The position numbers and the translations under genes are program-made. DNA of 64,000 nt. Source: Candidatus Saccharimonadota bacterium. GTDB lineage: Bacteria > Patescibacteriota > Saccharimonadia > Saccharimonadales > SLHW01. Position 1 is the stretch's first letter, and every line of letters begins with the position of its first letter. The DNA lies in assembly GCA_024635455.1 (NCBI GenBank), contig JAGXIU010000002.1, positions 108,309 through 172,308 of the forward strand. The letters run 5' to 3'. Below are positions 38,687 to 47,193 of this stretch, in pieces. The notes under the pieces are model-generated. The model made no database searches. It saw nothing but the letters and a program-made list of their open reading frames with translations, and was not told the DNA's origin.

Positions 38687-38783
38687 TGAATACTACCATA
38701 AAATGCTAATAAAATCAATACCCACGCGCTAAACCATACTGGTTTTGTGGCACAGCCCGTATTACTTGAGCTCTACTGTTTTG

Positions 38784-38792
38784 TGGTATAGT
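38784..38792 (+). promoter_or_regulatory. Extended -10 TGGTATAGT, 8 nt before ATG 38801
   Basis: The sequence reads tgTGGTATAGTttcatgaaATG, with no SD. Confidence 0.45.
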
Positions 38793-38800
38793 TTCATGAA

Positions 38801-40291
38801 ATGGCAAAACAGAGTTTTCGTTCCAGTGCAACTGAGATCACAAAACGATTGATATCAATTTTATCCAGCAACTATTTTTTTTATGGTGTGCTTGTATTGT
38901 GTGTACTACAGGCCCTTTGGTATGCACTAAGCTTTACGCCATCCCTCTTTGATGAACCCAAACACCTTGGGCGGATTGATGTGTACACACAACAGCTGTC
39001 TCCATTTTTTAACAACCAAAAGGCAGCATGGGATCAATTTGGTCAAATGACCAGAGATTCTTTTTATTTCTTCTACTATATAATGAGTTGGCCATTGAGA
39101 TTCATAAGGCTATTGACAGACAACCAGAGCATTCACATTATATTTTTGCGGTTATTGAATATTGGTGCTTTCACTTTGGGGCTGTTTTATTTTAGGAAAG
39201 CTTTTATGCAAATACGGCAAATGCCCAGCTCTATAATTAATATCAGTCTTCTATTATTGGTACTGACGCCTACTATTGCTATATTACCGGGTGCAGTAAA
39301 CTACGATAATTTTGTTTTCTTATTATTTGGCATTCTGTTATATTTTGGCCTTCGTATTGTAGATAAAAACAAACCAACTATAAGCGACACACTAAAATTC
39401 TTTGCAGTTGGCTTACTAATGGTTATGGTGAAGTGGACCTCCACAGCTCTTTTTGTTCCTGCTGCACTTTATATAGGTTGGAGCGTTTATGGCAAATACG
39501 ACAAAAGTATAAGAAAACTCTTTAAACACAATAAGCAAGTATTTAAAAAAACTGGAACAATCGCATTAATTTGCATAATGTTACTTCTGTCTGCTCTTAT
39601 AATTGAGCGCCCTTTGCTTAACCAAATTAAATATGGAAAGGCAAAGCCAGGGTGTGAACAGATTATTAGCTACGAACGCTGCCTCGACTTCCATGATTTT
39701 GCAATTTACGACGGCGTTAGGGCTGGTATACCTACAGACTTCAGTCCTGTGGGCGTTGCAGAATATACTACAATCTTTTGGTATCCAAGAATGATCAACA
39801 CTCTGACTACCGTTTTACCCTGGAATGCAGTACGGCTAACTCGCGCTCTCCCAGTCATAACAGAACTATTCTTTGCGTCGGCTATTGTGGTAATAGTATT
39901 GATTAGCTCTAATCTTAGAAGAATATTTAGGCACAGTACGTTACGTATGTTGTTGTTCGTTGCTGTTACTTTTATTTTTATATTGATCATAAAACTTTAT
40001 GGTTCATATGTAAGAAATGCCGTTCCAGCAGCTATCCATGGTAGATATCTGCTGCCTATACTGCCCATACTATTGAGTTTTACCGGTTTATCCATCGTGC
40101 GTCATCTAGGTAAATTCAAAAAAACATTACTACTGTCGGGCTTTGTGCTTCTGTTGTTCTTTAGCCAAGGAGGAGGTATAGTCACTCACTCTATAACCGC
40201 ACACGACCGACTTTACTGGAATAATGAAGAGGTAAAAAAGATTAATACAGAGTTACGCGACATACTAAAAACATATGTAAAAGAAGGTTAA
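38801..40291 (+). CDS. Polytopic membrane protein, possible GT-C-type glycosyltransferase
   Basis: 496 aa with >=10 TM helices. The topology and glycan-cluster context resemble ArnT/DUF2142-type enzymes. I recognised no diagnostic motif. Confidence 0.35.
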   Translation: MAKQSFRSSATEITKRLISILSSNYFFYGVLVLCVLQALWYALSFTPSLFDEPKHLGRIDVYTQQLSPFFNNQKAAWDQFGQMTRDSFYFFYYIMSWPLRFIRLLTDNQSIHIIFLRLLNIGAFTLGLFYFRKAFMQIRQMPSSIINISLLLLVLTPTIAILPGAVNYDNFVFLLFGILLYFGLRIVDKNKPTISDTLKFFAVGLLMVMVKWTSTALFVPAALYIGWSVYGKYDKSIRKLFKHNKQVFKKTGTIALICIMLLLSALIIERPLLNQIKYGKAKPGCEQIISYERCLDFHDFAIYDGVRAGIPTDFSPVGVAEYTTIFWYPRMINTLTTVLPWNAVRLTRALPVITELFFASAIVVIVLISSNLRRIFRHSTLRMLLFVAVTFIFILIIKLYGSYVRNAVPAAIHGRYLLPILPILLSFTGLSIVRHLGKFKKTLLLSGFVLLLFFSQGGGIVTHSITAHDRLYWNNEEVKKINTELRDILKTYVKEG

Positions 40292-40496
40292 TTCTCTAGG
40301 ATGCTTGGGGTCATTGAGATTCAGCAACGGGCAGAATAATGATATTCAATTAGTTAGATATTATTGCTTTGTTGTATCTGAAGAAACTCTCTTCCGTAGG
40401 TTGTAGATCGAAACTAACAGCTACGCGCAGGGCATACTAACATTGTTCGTTGGCAACAATGTAAATAAGGGTAGCGTAGTGTTATCCTTTATAACA

Positions 40497-41603
40497 ATGG
40501 ACAACAAGATAAGAAAAATAGCTCTAGTTGGTCCCGTTGCTCCGTGGCGAGGCGGGATATCTCAATATTCGTCGCAACTTAAAGCTGCCCTAAAAAAACA
40601 TAGTAGCTTAACGACTGTTTCATTTAAAACATTATATCCAGCCTGGCTTTATCCTGGCGACAGCGACAAAGAGCCCGAGGGAGAATACTTAAAGGACGTT
40701 GCATACACAATAAGTATTTACTCACCTTTAAGTCTGCATCGAGCCATAAAGCTTATCGTGAAAGAAGGGTGTGAGGTAGCGTACATTAATTGGTGGACCA
40801 TCCTTTGGCAGCCAGGAATGGCTTTTCTGGCTTGGCGCTTGGGGCGTAAAGGGATTAAGACGGTATATCTCTGCCACAACTTGTTTGACCATGATGCAGG
40901 GTTTGTCGTGAAAAGTATAAGTCAATTTTTGATACGGCGGGCTGACGGCTATGTAGTCCATTCGGCTGACCAGGCGGAGGCGCTCAAGGAGATAAACCCT
41001 CAGGCCAAAATACTTAATACGATTCTACCGATATTCAGCAAAAGCTCAGTGCCAAAGAAAGCCCTACCTCCGCGAGGCAGGTTAGAAATTATGTTTTTTG
41101 GTTTTATACGTCCATACAAAGGACTCGAGGTATTACTTGAAGCAGTCTCATCGTTAAATGACCAGGAAGTTTTCCTTACTGTCGTTGGTGAACCATGGGG
41201 GAACAGAGAACAATTACTGCAAGATATAAAGAAATACTCTATTCCAAACGTTGAACTGCATCTGAGGTACGTGGACGATGCAGAAGCAGCTAGCTACTTT
41301 AATAGAGCGGACATCATAGCGTTACCATACCTATCGGCTACCGGAAGTGCTGTGGCGGCTTTAGCATACGGTTATTCAAAGCCAGTAATTGCAACGAGAG
41401 TCGGTGGCTTAAAAGACGCAGTGGTTGAAGGTGAGACCGGCTGGCTGGTGCAGCCTAATAACTCTCAAGAAATTACAGATGTTATCCGCTCGACAACCAG
41501 ACAAGAGGCTAAAAAAATGAAAAAAAACGTAAAAAAGTTTTGCGAAAATAATAGTTGGGACAACATGTCTCGTGAGATGATTACGCTGTTTGAGCCTAAA
41601 TAA
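40497..41603 (+). CDS. Glycosyltransferase family 4
   Basis: I moved the start to ATG 40497; the track start 40443 is TTG. The GT-B signature is SATGSAVAALAYGYSKPVIATRVGGLKDAVVEGETGWLV. Confidence 0.85.
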   Translation: MDNKIRKIALVGPVAPWRGGISQYSSQLKAALKKHSSLTTVSFKTLYPAWLYPGDSDKEPEGEYLKDVAYTISIYSPLSLHRAIKLIVKEGCEVAYINWWTILWQPGMAFLAWRLGRKGIKTVYLCHNLFDHDAGFVVKSISQFLIRRADGYVVHSADQAEALKEINPQAKILNTILPIFSKSSVPKKALPPRGRLEIMFFGFIRPYKGLEVLLEAVSSLNDQEVFLTVVGEPWGNREQLLQDIKKYSIPNVELHLRYVDDAEAASYFNRADIIALPYLSATGSAVAALAYGYSKPVIATRVGGLKDAVVEGETGWLVQPNNSQEITDVIRSTTRQEAKKMKKNVKKFCENNSWDNMSREMITLFEPK

Positions 41604-41638
41604 GGCACGCATAAAGGGAATACTCGTTGTCTAGTTGT

Positions 41639-42568
41639 CTACTTCGTCCTGTCAGTCCAGTCTTTCCAGGGAGTTTTATCACCTATAAGCTTTTCAAGCT
41701 TCTCAATATCACTGGCGTAAAATGCGGCAAGTTTCTCATAAACTGGATCGTCTTTTCGCAGGTTTGTTGTACCGGACTTGATATTCCACAGGTTTATAGA
41801 ATATTCTACGCGCTTACGAATCACGTACGGTATGTAGCTTTTCCAGACTTTTTCTAGAAAAGGGATCTTGAATAAGAAGCCAGGCGTTAGTAACTTGAGC
41901 TTTGGCTTTGAGCCGCCCTTGCGAAACTCCTTGCCGAGTGTTTCTGGCTTATAAGTTGTATTGATGCCAAGGAAGCCAAAATAATTTTCTAATACAGAAC
42001 TAGGGTCTCGCTTTAGGTCGTCAGTAAACAGTACAAGTATCTGCTCTCTAGAGAATTTTTTATAATAGTATGAGAGTATGCGGCCATACTCACTACCAAG
42101 TAGGAAGGCATTAGAGTCTTCTATTGGGTTAAGCCCAGTCCTGTAGTCATCAAGCGAACTATCATTGAGTAGGTCTTCAACCGTCACACTAAAGCCTTTT
42201 TTAAAATGACCTCGCTGCGAGAGCATCTGATAGTGTGAATAGGCGCGCTCTACAGGGTGACGAAGAATTGCTACTATTTTAATATCCGGGAAGTCCTGCT
42301 TAATTCGTTCGGCAACCTTATCCGGGTTGTTCGCACCCTCTCCAAGCATATATTGCGGTGTCATTGATCCACATTTTCTTTCGTCATTGTACCGGAAATA
42401 AGTACTTAGATACCAGCTGATGCCTTTTTTATATAAATATTCATCGCTGAAAAAAGGAATCTCCTTTTCGCGTGGCATAAAAATCTCTGGATGTTTTTTC
42501 GAGAGTTCAAAAAGTGTAGTGGTGCCTGATTTTGCCGCCCCTATTACTATAAAATCTAATTTCTTCAT
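41639..42568 (-). CDS. PAPS-dependent sulfotransferase
   Basis: 309 aa. It has the canonical 5'-PSB loop VIGAAKSGTTTLFE and the 3'-PB motif ILRHPVERAYSHY. Confidence 0.85.
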   Translation of the reverse strand: MKKLDFIVIGAAKSGTTTLFELSKKHPEIFMPREKEIPFFSDEYLYKKGISWYLSTYFRYNDERKCGSMTPQYMLGEGANNPDKVAERIKQDFPDIKIVAILRHPVERAYSHYQMLSQRGHFKKGFSVTVEDLLNDSSLDDYRTGLNPIEDSNAFLLGSEYGRILSYYYKKFSREQILVLFTDDLKRDPSSVLENYFGFLGINTTYKPETLGKEFRKGGSKPKLKLLTPGFLFKIPFLEKVWKSYIPYVIRKRVEYSINLWNIKSGTTNLRKDDPVYEKLAAFYASDIEKLEKLIGDKTPWKDWTDRTK

Positions 42569-42675
42569 TTTAAACTCACATTTATTAAAAACAGCGACCT
42601 TACTAATTCATTCTTGTTCTTATACCACGCGCTATTATATAATAGTAACAAACCAGAGGATATAATAATAAAATA

Positions 42676-43449
42676 ATGATCATTAATGATAAGTATAAAT
42701 ATAATGATAAGTATAAATATTTATTTATTGAGACACCGCACACAGGCTCTACTGCAATCAGCAAAGAGCTTACAGAAAACTACAGCGGAAAGACTATTCT
42801 ACATAAGCATGCCAATTATCATGAATTTTTGCGCATAGCTACGCCAGAGCAAAAGAAATATTTCGTATTTGCAGGAGTTAGAAACCCCTTGGATGAAGCG
42901 GTGAGCTTATATTTTAAATTTCTTAACGACCATAAATCTAATTACACTGATCCAAGCAGACTACTTAAAAACGGTGGATGGGTGACCGAGCGCAAGGTGG
43001 AGATCTATAAACTTGTGCAAACCGAAAAAGATTTCAACAAATTTTTGAAAGCGTTTTACAAAACGGTTTATACAAGCAACATCAATGTCAACAAGAAAGA
43101 CTGTGACTACATCATGAGGTTTGAGGGTCTCAATAAAGAGTTCTCAGAAGCGCTGAAAGAGATTGGAATAAAGCAAAAGCGTGACCTGCCTATTACAAAC
43201 AAGACAGACAAAAGGGGCAATTTTGAAGCCTACTATACTCAAGACGTGGTTCCTCACGCCGTAAAAATATTCGGTCCGTTTATGCAGGAGTGGGGTTATA
43301 GGTTTCCTGAGCCATGGGGTGGAGCAAAAGTGGACCCTAACCGAACAGCTATCTACAATGTCGCCAAGCTAGGCAGAATTGTTTATTCTAAGGGGATTAA
43401 GGCGGGTCCCCTTAGGAGGCTTAAAAAGCTGAGGAATGCCTTGGAGTAG
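42676..43449 (+). CDS. Second sulfotransferase-family protein
   Basis: 257 aa. FIETPHTGSTAISKEL is 5'-PSB-like and GVRNPLDEAVSLYF is 3'-PB-like. TATAAT lies 9 nt before the ATG. Confidence 0.6.
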   Translation: MIINDKYKYNDKYKYLFIETPHTGSTAISKELTENYSGKTILHKHANYHEFLRIATPEQKKYFVFAGVRNPLDEAVSLYFKFLNDHKSNYTDPSRLLKNGGWVTERKVEIYKLVQTEKDFNKFLKAFYKTVYTSNINVNKKDCDYIMRFEGLNKEFSEALKEIGIKQKRDLPITNKTDKRGNFEAYYTQDVVPHAVKIFGPFMQEWGYRFPEPWGGAKVDPNRTAIYNVAKLGRIVYSKGIKAGPLRRLKKLRNALE

Positions 43450-43455
43450 GGCAAG

Positions 43456-44433
43456 TTAGTTGCGGAGCGACTTTAAGTTCCTGATAGTTGTGTTGAGCAG
43501 TTTGGGTGCGTAGTAGGATGAAAGAGTACTAATAGTTAAGAATGTAAGCACTCGCAGTAATATGGCCGCTGTTAAGGTCGCTGGGATAGATACGCCCGCC
43601 AGGTTGGCCGCGAATACCATTAGGCCCTCACGGATACCTATGCCAGCAGGCGTAATTGAGAAAATTATAGTCCAACCAGCAATTGAAGTAATAAACAATG
43701 TCGCGACTAAGTCCACATCAAATCCTAGCACGCGGTATAATAACCAAAGGGTAATGCTGGATACAAAGAGTAGAGTTAACATCCACCACAGCGTACGCAC
43801 CAGTATTCCAGGATGGGACCGAACTTTGTCATATTGTGTCACGGCTTCCGACAACCTTTCTAAGACTTTGGCTTTCTTTCCACGAAGCTTTGCCGACTTG
43901 CCTGCAATTAAGCTAGCAATATTTCCTACTGGCATATATAAAGCGGTGAAAAAAGCAAAAAGGGCAAATATAATGACTAATATTGGCTGGAAATTAGCAA
44001 AAGACTGTATGTATAAGAAAAAGATAGTCAAAACGAGGAGCCCAGATATCAGGAATTGCAAAACGTTGCTTAAGGCAAAGCTAGAGGTGAACTTAGCATA
44101 CGAAACATCATAATTCTTCTTTAAGTAGGTCGCTCTAATGGCAGCGCCAAGATAGCTCGGAGATATATGGTTGGCAAAACGTGTCAGCGCAGAAAGGCCA
44201 AATATTTCATTCTTGCTCAGCTTTACGCCATGCGGTTCTATAGCTAGCTCCAGAACCGCACCAACACAGTAAATATTGGCGAATATTAGTATGAGTGTGG
44301 GCAGCAACAGGAGCGGGTTAACAAGATCAATTCCCTGGAATTGCGCCCAGTTATTATTGAGATACCAGGTCAGAATAACCGTAAAAGATAATAAGGTAAC
44401 TGCGCTAATTAATCGAGGATACTTTTTACGCAT
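43456..44433 (-). CDS. Flippase-like membrane protein (UPF0104 / LPG-synthase TM-domain family)
   Basis: 325 aa with ~8 TM. It carries the family motif TPAGIGIREG. Confidence 0.6.
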   Translation of the reverse strand: MRKKYPRLISAVTLLSFTVILTWYLNNNWAQFQGIDLVNPLLLLPTLILIFANIYCVGAVLELAIEPHGVKLSKNEIFGLSALTRFANHISPSYLGAAIRATYLKKNYDVSYAKFTSSFALSNVLQFLISGLLVLTIFFLYIQSFANFQPILVIIFALFAFFTALYMPVGNIASLIAGKSAKLRGKKAKVLERLSEAVTQYDKVRSHPGILVRTLWWMLTLLFVSSITLWLLYRVLGFDVDLVATLFITSIAGWTIIFSITPAGIGIREGLMVFAANLAGVSIPATLTAAILLRVLTFLTISTLSSYYAPKLLNTTIRNLKSLRN

Positions 44434-44695
44434 AATAGTGCAATGATATGATGCCCATTGATAACCCTCTAACTCTAGACCTTGAGTTTGTCTAGAACAT
44501 TCAAAAGGCAGGCGCAGTCTGTGTAGATGACAGCGATTGTGCGTATGTCTGTATCCATGCCTGCTTGTTTAATCATGTGATAATCCCTTTGTATCTCAGG
44601 TTCTGTTTCTTATACAATAACGTATCCAAGTATAGCAAACTAAAACGTTTTTGCTGGTATACTGACTAGTAGTTAATTATATTCTGGAGGAAGAA

Positions 44696-46426
44696 GTGTC
44701 TAAACATGAAGCGCACGGCGGTAGCCTAATTAATCTGGTTGCCTCTGAAAAAAAACAGAAAGAACTAAAAAACGAAGCAACAACAATTGAAGGTATTACC
44801 CTTACTCAGCGACAAGAGTGTGATCTAGAGCTACTTATGAACGGTGGTTTCTCCCCTCTGAACGGATTCCTGAACAAGGCTGACTATGAATCAGTGCTAG
44901 ATAATCTGCGCCTTACCTCTGGAGAGGTGTGGCCGATACCGGTTACGCTTGATGTAACACGTGACCTCGCAAAGAGGTTGAAAAGTGGAGATAAGGTTGC
45001 GCTTCGGACAGAAGAAGGTGTAACTCTTGCCATTTTGACGGTTGGAGATATATGGAAGCCAAATAAATCCGAAGAAGCCGAGAAGGTTTATGGTGCCGAT
45101 GATGAGGCTCACCCGGCTGTACAGTACCTACACCGCCAAGCTCATGAGTATTATATAGGGGGCGAAATAGAAGGACTTGAGCTGCCACATCACTATGACT
45201 TTCAGGAATATCGTAAAACACCCCAAGAATTACGAGATGAATTTAAGGAAAATGGCTGGGATAAGGTCGTTGCATTTCAAACTCGTAATCCGATGCACCG
45301 AGCTCATGTAGAGCTTGCTATGCGTGCCTCGAACGAAACGGGTGCAAAGCTGCTTATTCACCCAGCAGTTGGTATGACAAAGCCAGGAGACGTCGATCAC
45401 TATACCCGTGTTCGTGTATACAAAGAAGTGATAAAAAAGTTCCCAGAAAACTCAGCAATGATATCACTCTTACCGCTCGCAATGCGTATGGGTGGTCCGC
45501 GTGAGGCGCTTTGGCACACAATAATACGTAAAAATTACGGCGCAACGCACTTCATCATTGGGCGGGATCACGCAGGCCCGGGCAAGAACTCTGATGGTGA
45601 AGATTTCTATGGCCCATATGAGGCGCAAGAACTTGTCGAGGAGTACGCAGACGAACTTGATATGACGATTGTACCGTTCCGGATGATGGTCTATGTGCCA
45701 AAAAAGGACGAGTATCATGCGATAGATGACCTGAACGAAGATGAAGAGCACTGGAGTATTTCTGGCACTGAGTTACGCGGTAAGTTGGCGTCTGGCGAGA
45801 AGCTGCCAGAATGGTTCACCTACCCAGAGGTCGAAAAAGAGCTACGCAAGACTCATAAGGCCAAGCATCAGCAAGGTTTTACAGTATTCTTCACGGGCTT
45901 GTCAGGATCAGGCAAGAGTACGCTCGCAAATGCCCTCATGGTGCGCTTGAATGAACTTGGAGGTCGTCACGTTACGTTACTAGATGGTGATATCGTGCGG
46001 ACGCATTTGTCGTCTGAGCTTGGATTTTCAAAAGAGCACAGAGATATAAACGTGAAGCGCATCGGCTTTGTGGCTGCTGAAATTGCAAAAAATGGCGGCA
46101 TAGCATTGTGTGCGCCAATTGCACCGTACGATAACGTGCGGAAAGAAGTGCGCGATATGGTCTATAAAGGTGGCGGTGACTTTCTGCTTGTTCATGTGGC
46201 CACACCACTTGAGGAGTGCGAGAGGCGAGACCGTAAAGGTCTATATGCTCAAGCGCGCGCAGGTAAGATAAAGAACTTTACCGGTATAGATGACCCATAT
46301 GAAGCACCCAAAGATGCAGAGTTATCGATTGATACGACAGGCAAGCACCCATCTGAAGCTGTTGATGAAATCTTAAACTATATCCAAGAAAAAGGCTTCT
46401 ATACACCCGTCGGCACTGAGAAGTAG
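44696..46426 (+). CDS. sat/cysC: Bifunctional sulfate adenylyltransferase / adenylylsulfate kinase (PAPS synthase)
   Basis: 576 aa with a GTG start. GGAGG lies 5 nt upstream and TGGTATACT lies at 44655-44663. The ATP sulfurylase motifs are FQTRNPMHRAH and IIGRDHAGPG. The APS kinase P-loop is FFTGLSGSGKSTLA. Confidence 0.93.
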   Translation: MSKHEAHGGSLINLVASEKKQKELKNEATTIEGITLTQRQECDLELLMNGGFSPLNGFLNKADYESVLDNLRLTSGEVWPIPVTLDVTRDLAKRLKSGDKVALRTEEGVTLAILTVGDIWKPNKSEEAEKVYGADDEAHPAVQYLHRQAHEYYIGGEIEGLELPHHYDFQEYRKTPQELRDEFKENGWDKVVAFQTRNPMHRAHVELAMRASNETGAKLLIHPAVGMTKPGDVDHYTRVRVYKEVIKKFPENSAMISLLPLAMRMGGPREALWHTIIRKNYGATHFIIGRDHAGPGKNSDGEDFYGPYEAQELVEEYADELDMTIVPFRMMVYVPKKDEYHAIDDLNEDEEHWSISGTELRGKLASGEKLPEWFTYPEVEKELRKTHKAKHQQGFTVFFTGLSGSGKSTLANALMVRLNELGGRHVTLLDGDIVRTHLSSELGFSKEHRDINVKRIGFVAAEIAKNGGIALCAPIAPYDNVRKEVRDMVYKGGGDFLLVHVATPLEECERRDRKGLYAQARAGKIKNFTGIDDPYEAPKDAELSIDTTGKHPSEAVDEILNYIQEKGFYTPVGTEK

Positions 46427-46431
46427 AAGGG

Positions 46432-47193
46432 TTAATCTTTTAAGCTTGTGCAGATGAAATATGGATTTTTGAGCTGATCCGTAGAGTACGTTAATGGCGC
46501 ATTAGTTTCGTAATTGTAAACTCGTGCTCCGGCTGCGCGTACTATTGCATCCGCTGCTGCTGTATCCCATATCATAGTTGGAGCGAGTCGAGGATAGAGG
46601 TGGGCTGACCCTTCGGCTACTAAGCAGAACTTAAGCGAAGACCCGGCTGAAACGGATTCTGTAATACCTCTATCATCGAGAAGTTTTTGCGTGGTTTCGT
46701 CCATGTGTGAGCGGCTAACGACCGCTTTTGCTGTAGTTGGTTCTTTGTCTACGGTTATTTGCTTTGCTTGCTCTGCTTCGTCTGTGCGGAGAGCATTGCC
46801 TTGTTCATCAGTCCAATATAGCTTGTTTAGGGCGGGCGCATACACGACGCCAAATACTGGTTTTTTATTTTCTATCAAAGCAATATTTACTGTGAATTCA
46901 TCGTTTTGTTTGATAAATTCTTTTGTTCCATCAAGTGGGTCTATCAACCAAAAAGAGTCTTCATCCGCGTGGTGCGAATCTTCATCTTCCTCGGTGACTA
47001 TCGGCAGATCGAAGTGCTTTCGCAGGCCCTCTACGATCACACTATTTGCGGCTGTATCTGCCTTTGTCAGGGGACTGTCGTCAGACTTAATGGCGACACC
47101 AAAATCATCAGAATTGTATATTTCTAATATCTTTTCACCGGCTTTAAGTGCGATGTTTAAAACAGTATCGATGTCATTTTTCGTTAATTTCAC
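46432..47193 (-). CDS. cysQ: 3'(2'),5'-bisphosphate nucleotidase (PAP phosphatase)
   Basis: 253 aa with a GTG start. The inositol-monophosphatase-family motifs are WLIDPLDGTKEF and IWDTAAADAIV. Confidence 0.85.
   Translation of the reverse strand: MKLTKNDIDTVLNIALKAGEKILEIYNSDDFGVAIKSDDSPLTKADTAANSVIVEGLRKHFDLPIVTEEDEDSHHADEDSFWLIDPLDGTKEFIKQNDEFTVNIALIENKKPVFGVVYAPALNKLYWTDEQGNALRTDEAEQAKQITVDKEPTTAKAVVSRSHMDETTQKLLDDRGITESVSAGSSLKFCLVAEGSAHLYPRLAPTMIWDTAAADAIVRAAGARVYNYETNAPLTYSTDQLKNPYFICTSLKD

Noticed and set aside
44434-44695. Possible riboswitch or long structured leader upstream of sat/cysC in the 262-bp spacer
   Set aside because: An extended -10 (TGGTATACT, 44655-44663) followed by GGAGG and GTG leaves a leader of only ~26 nt. 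The imperfect stems further upstream lie before the likely TSS, in a divergent promoter region.
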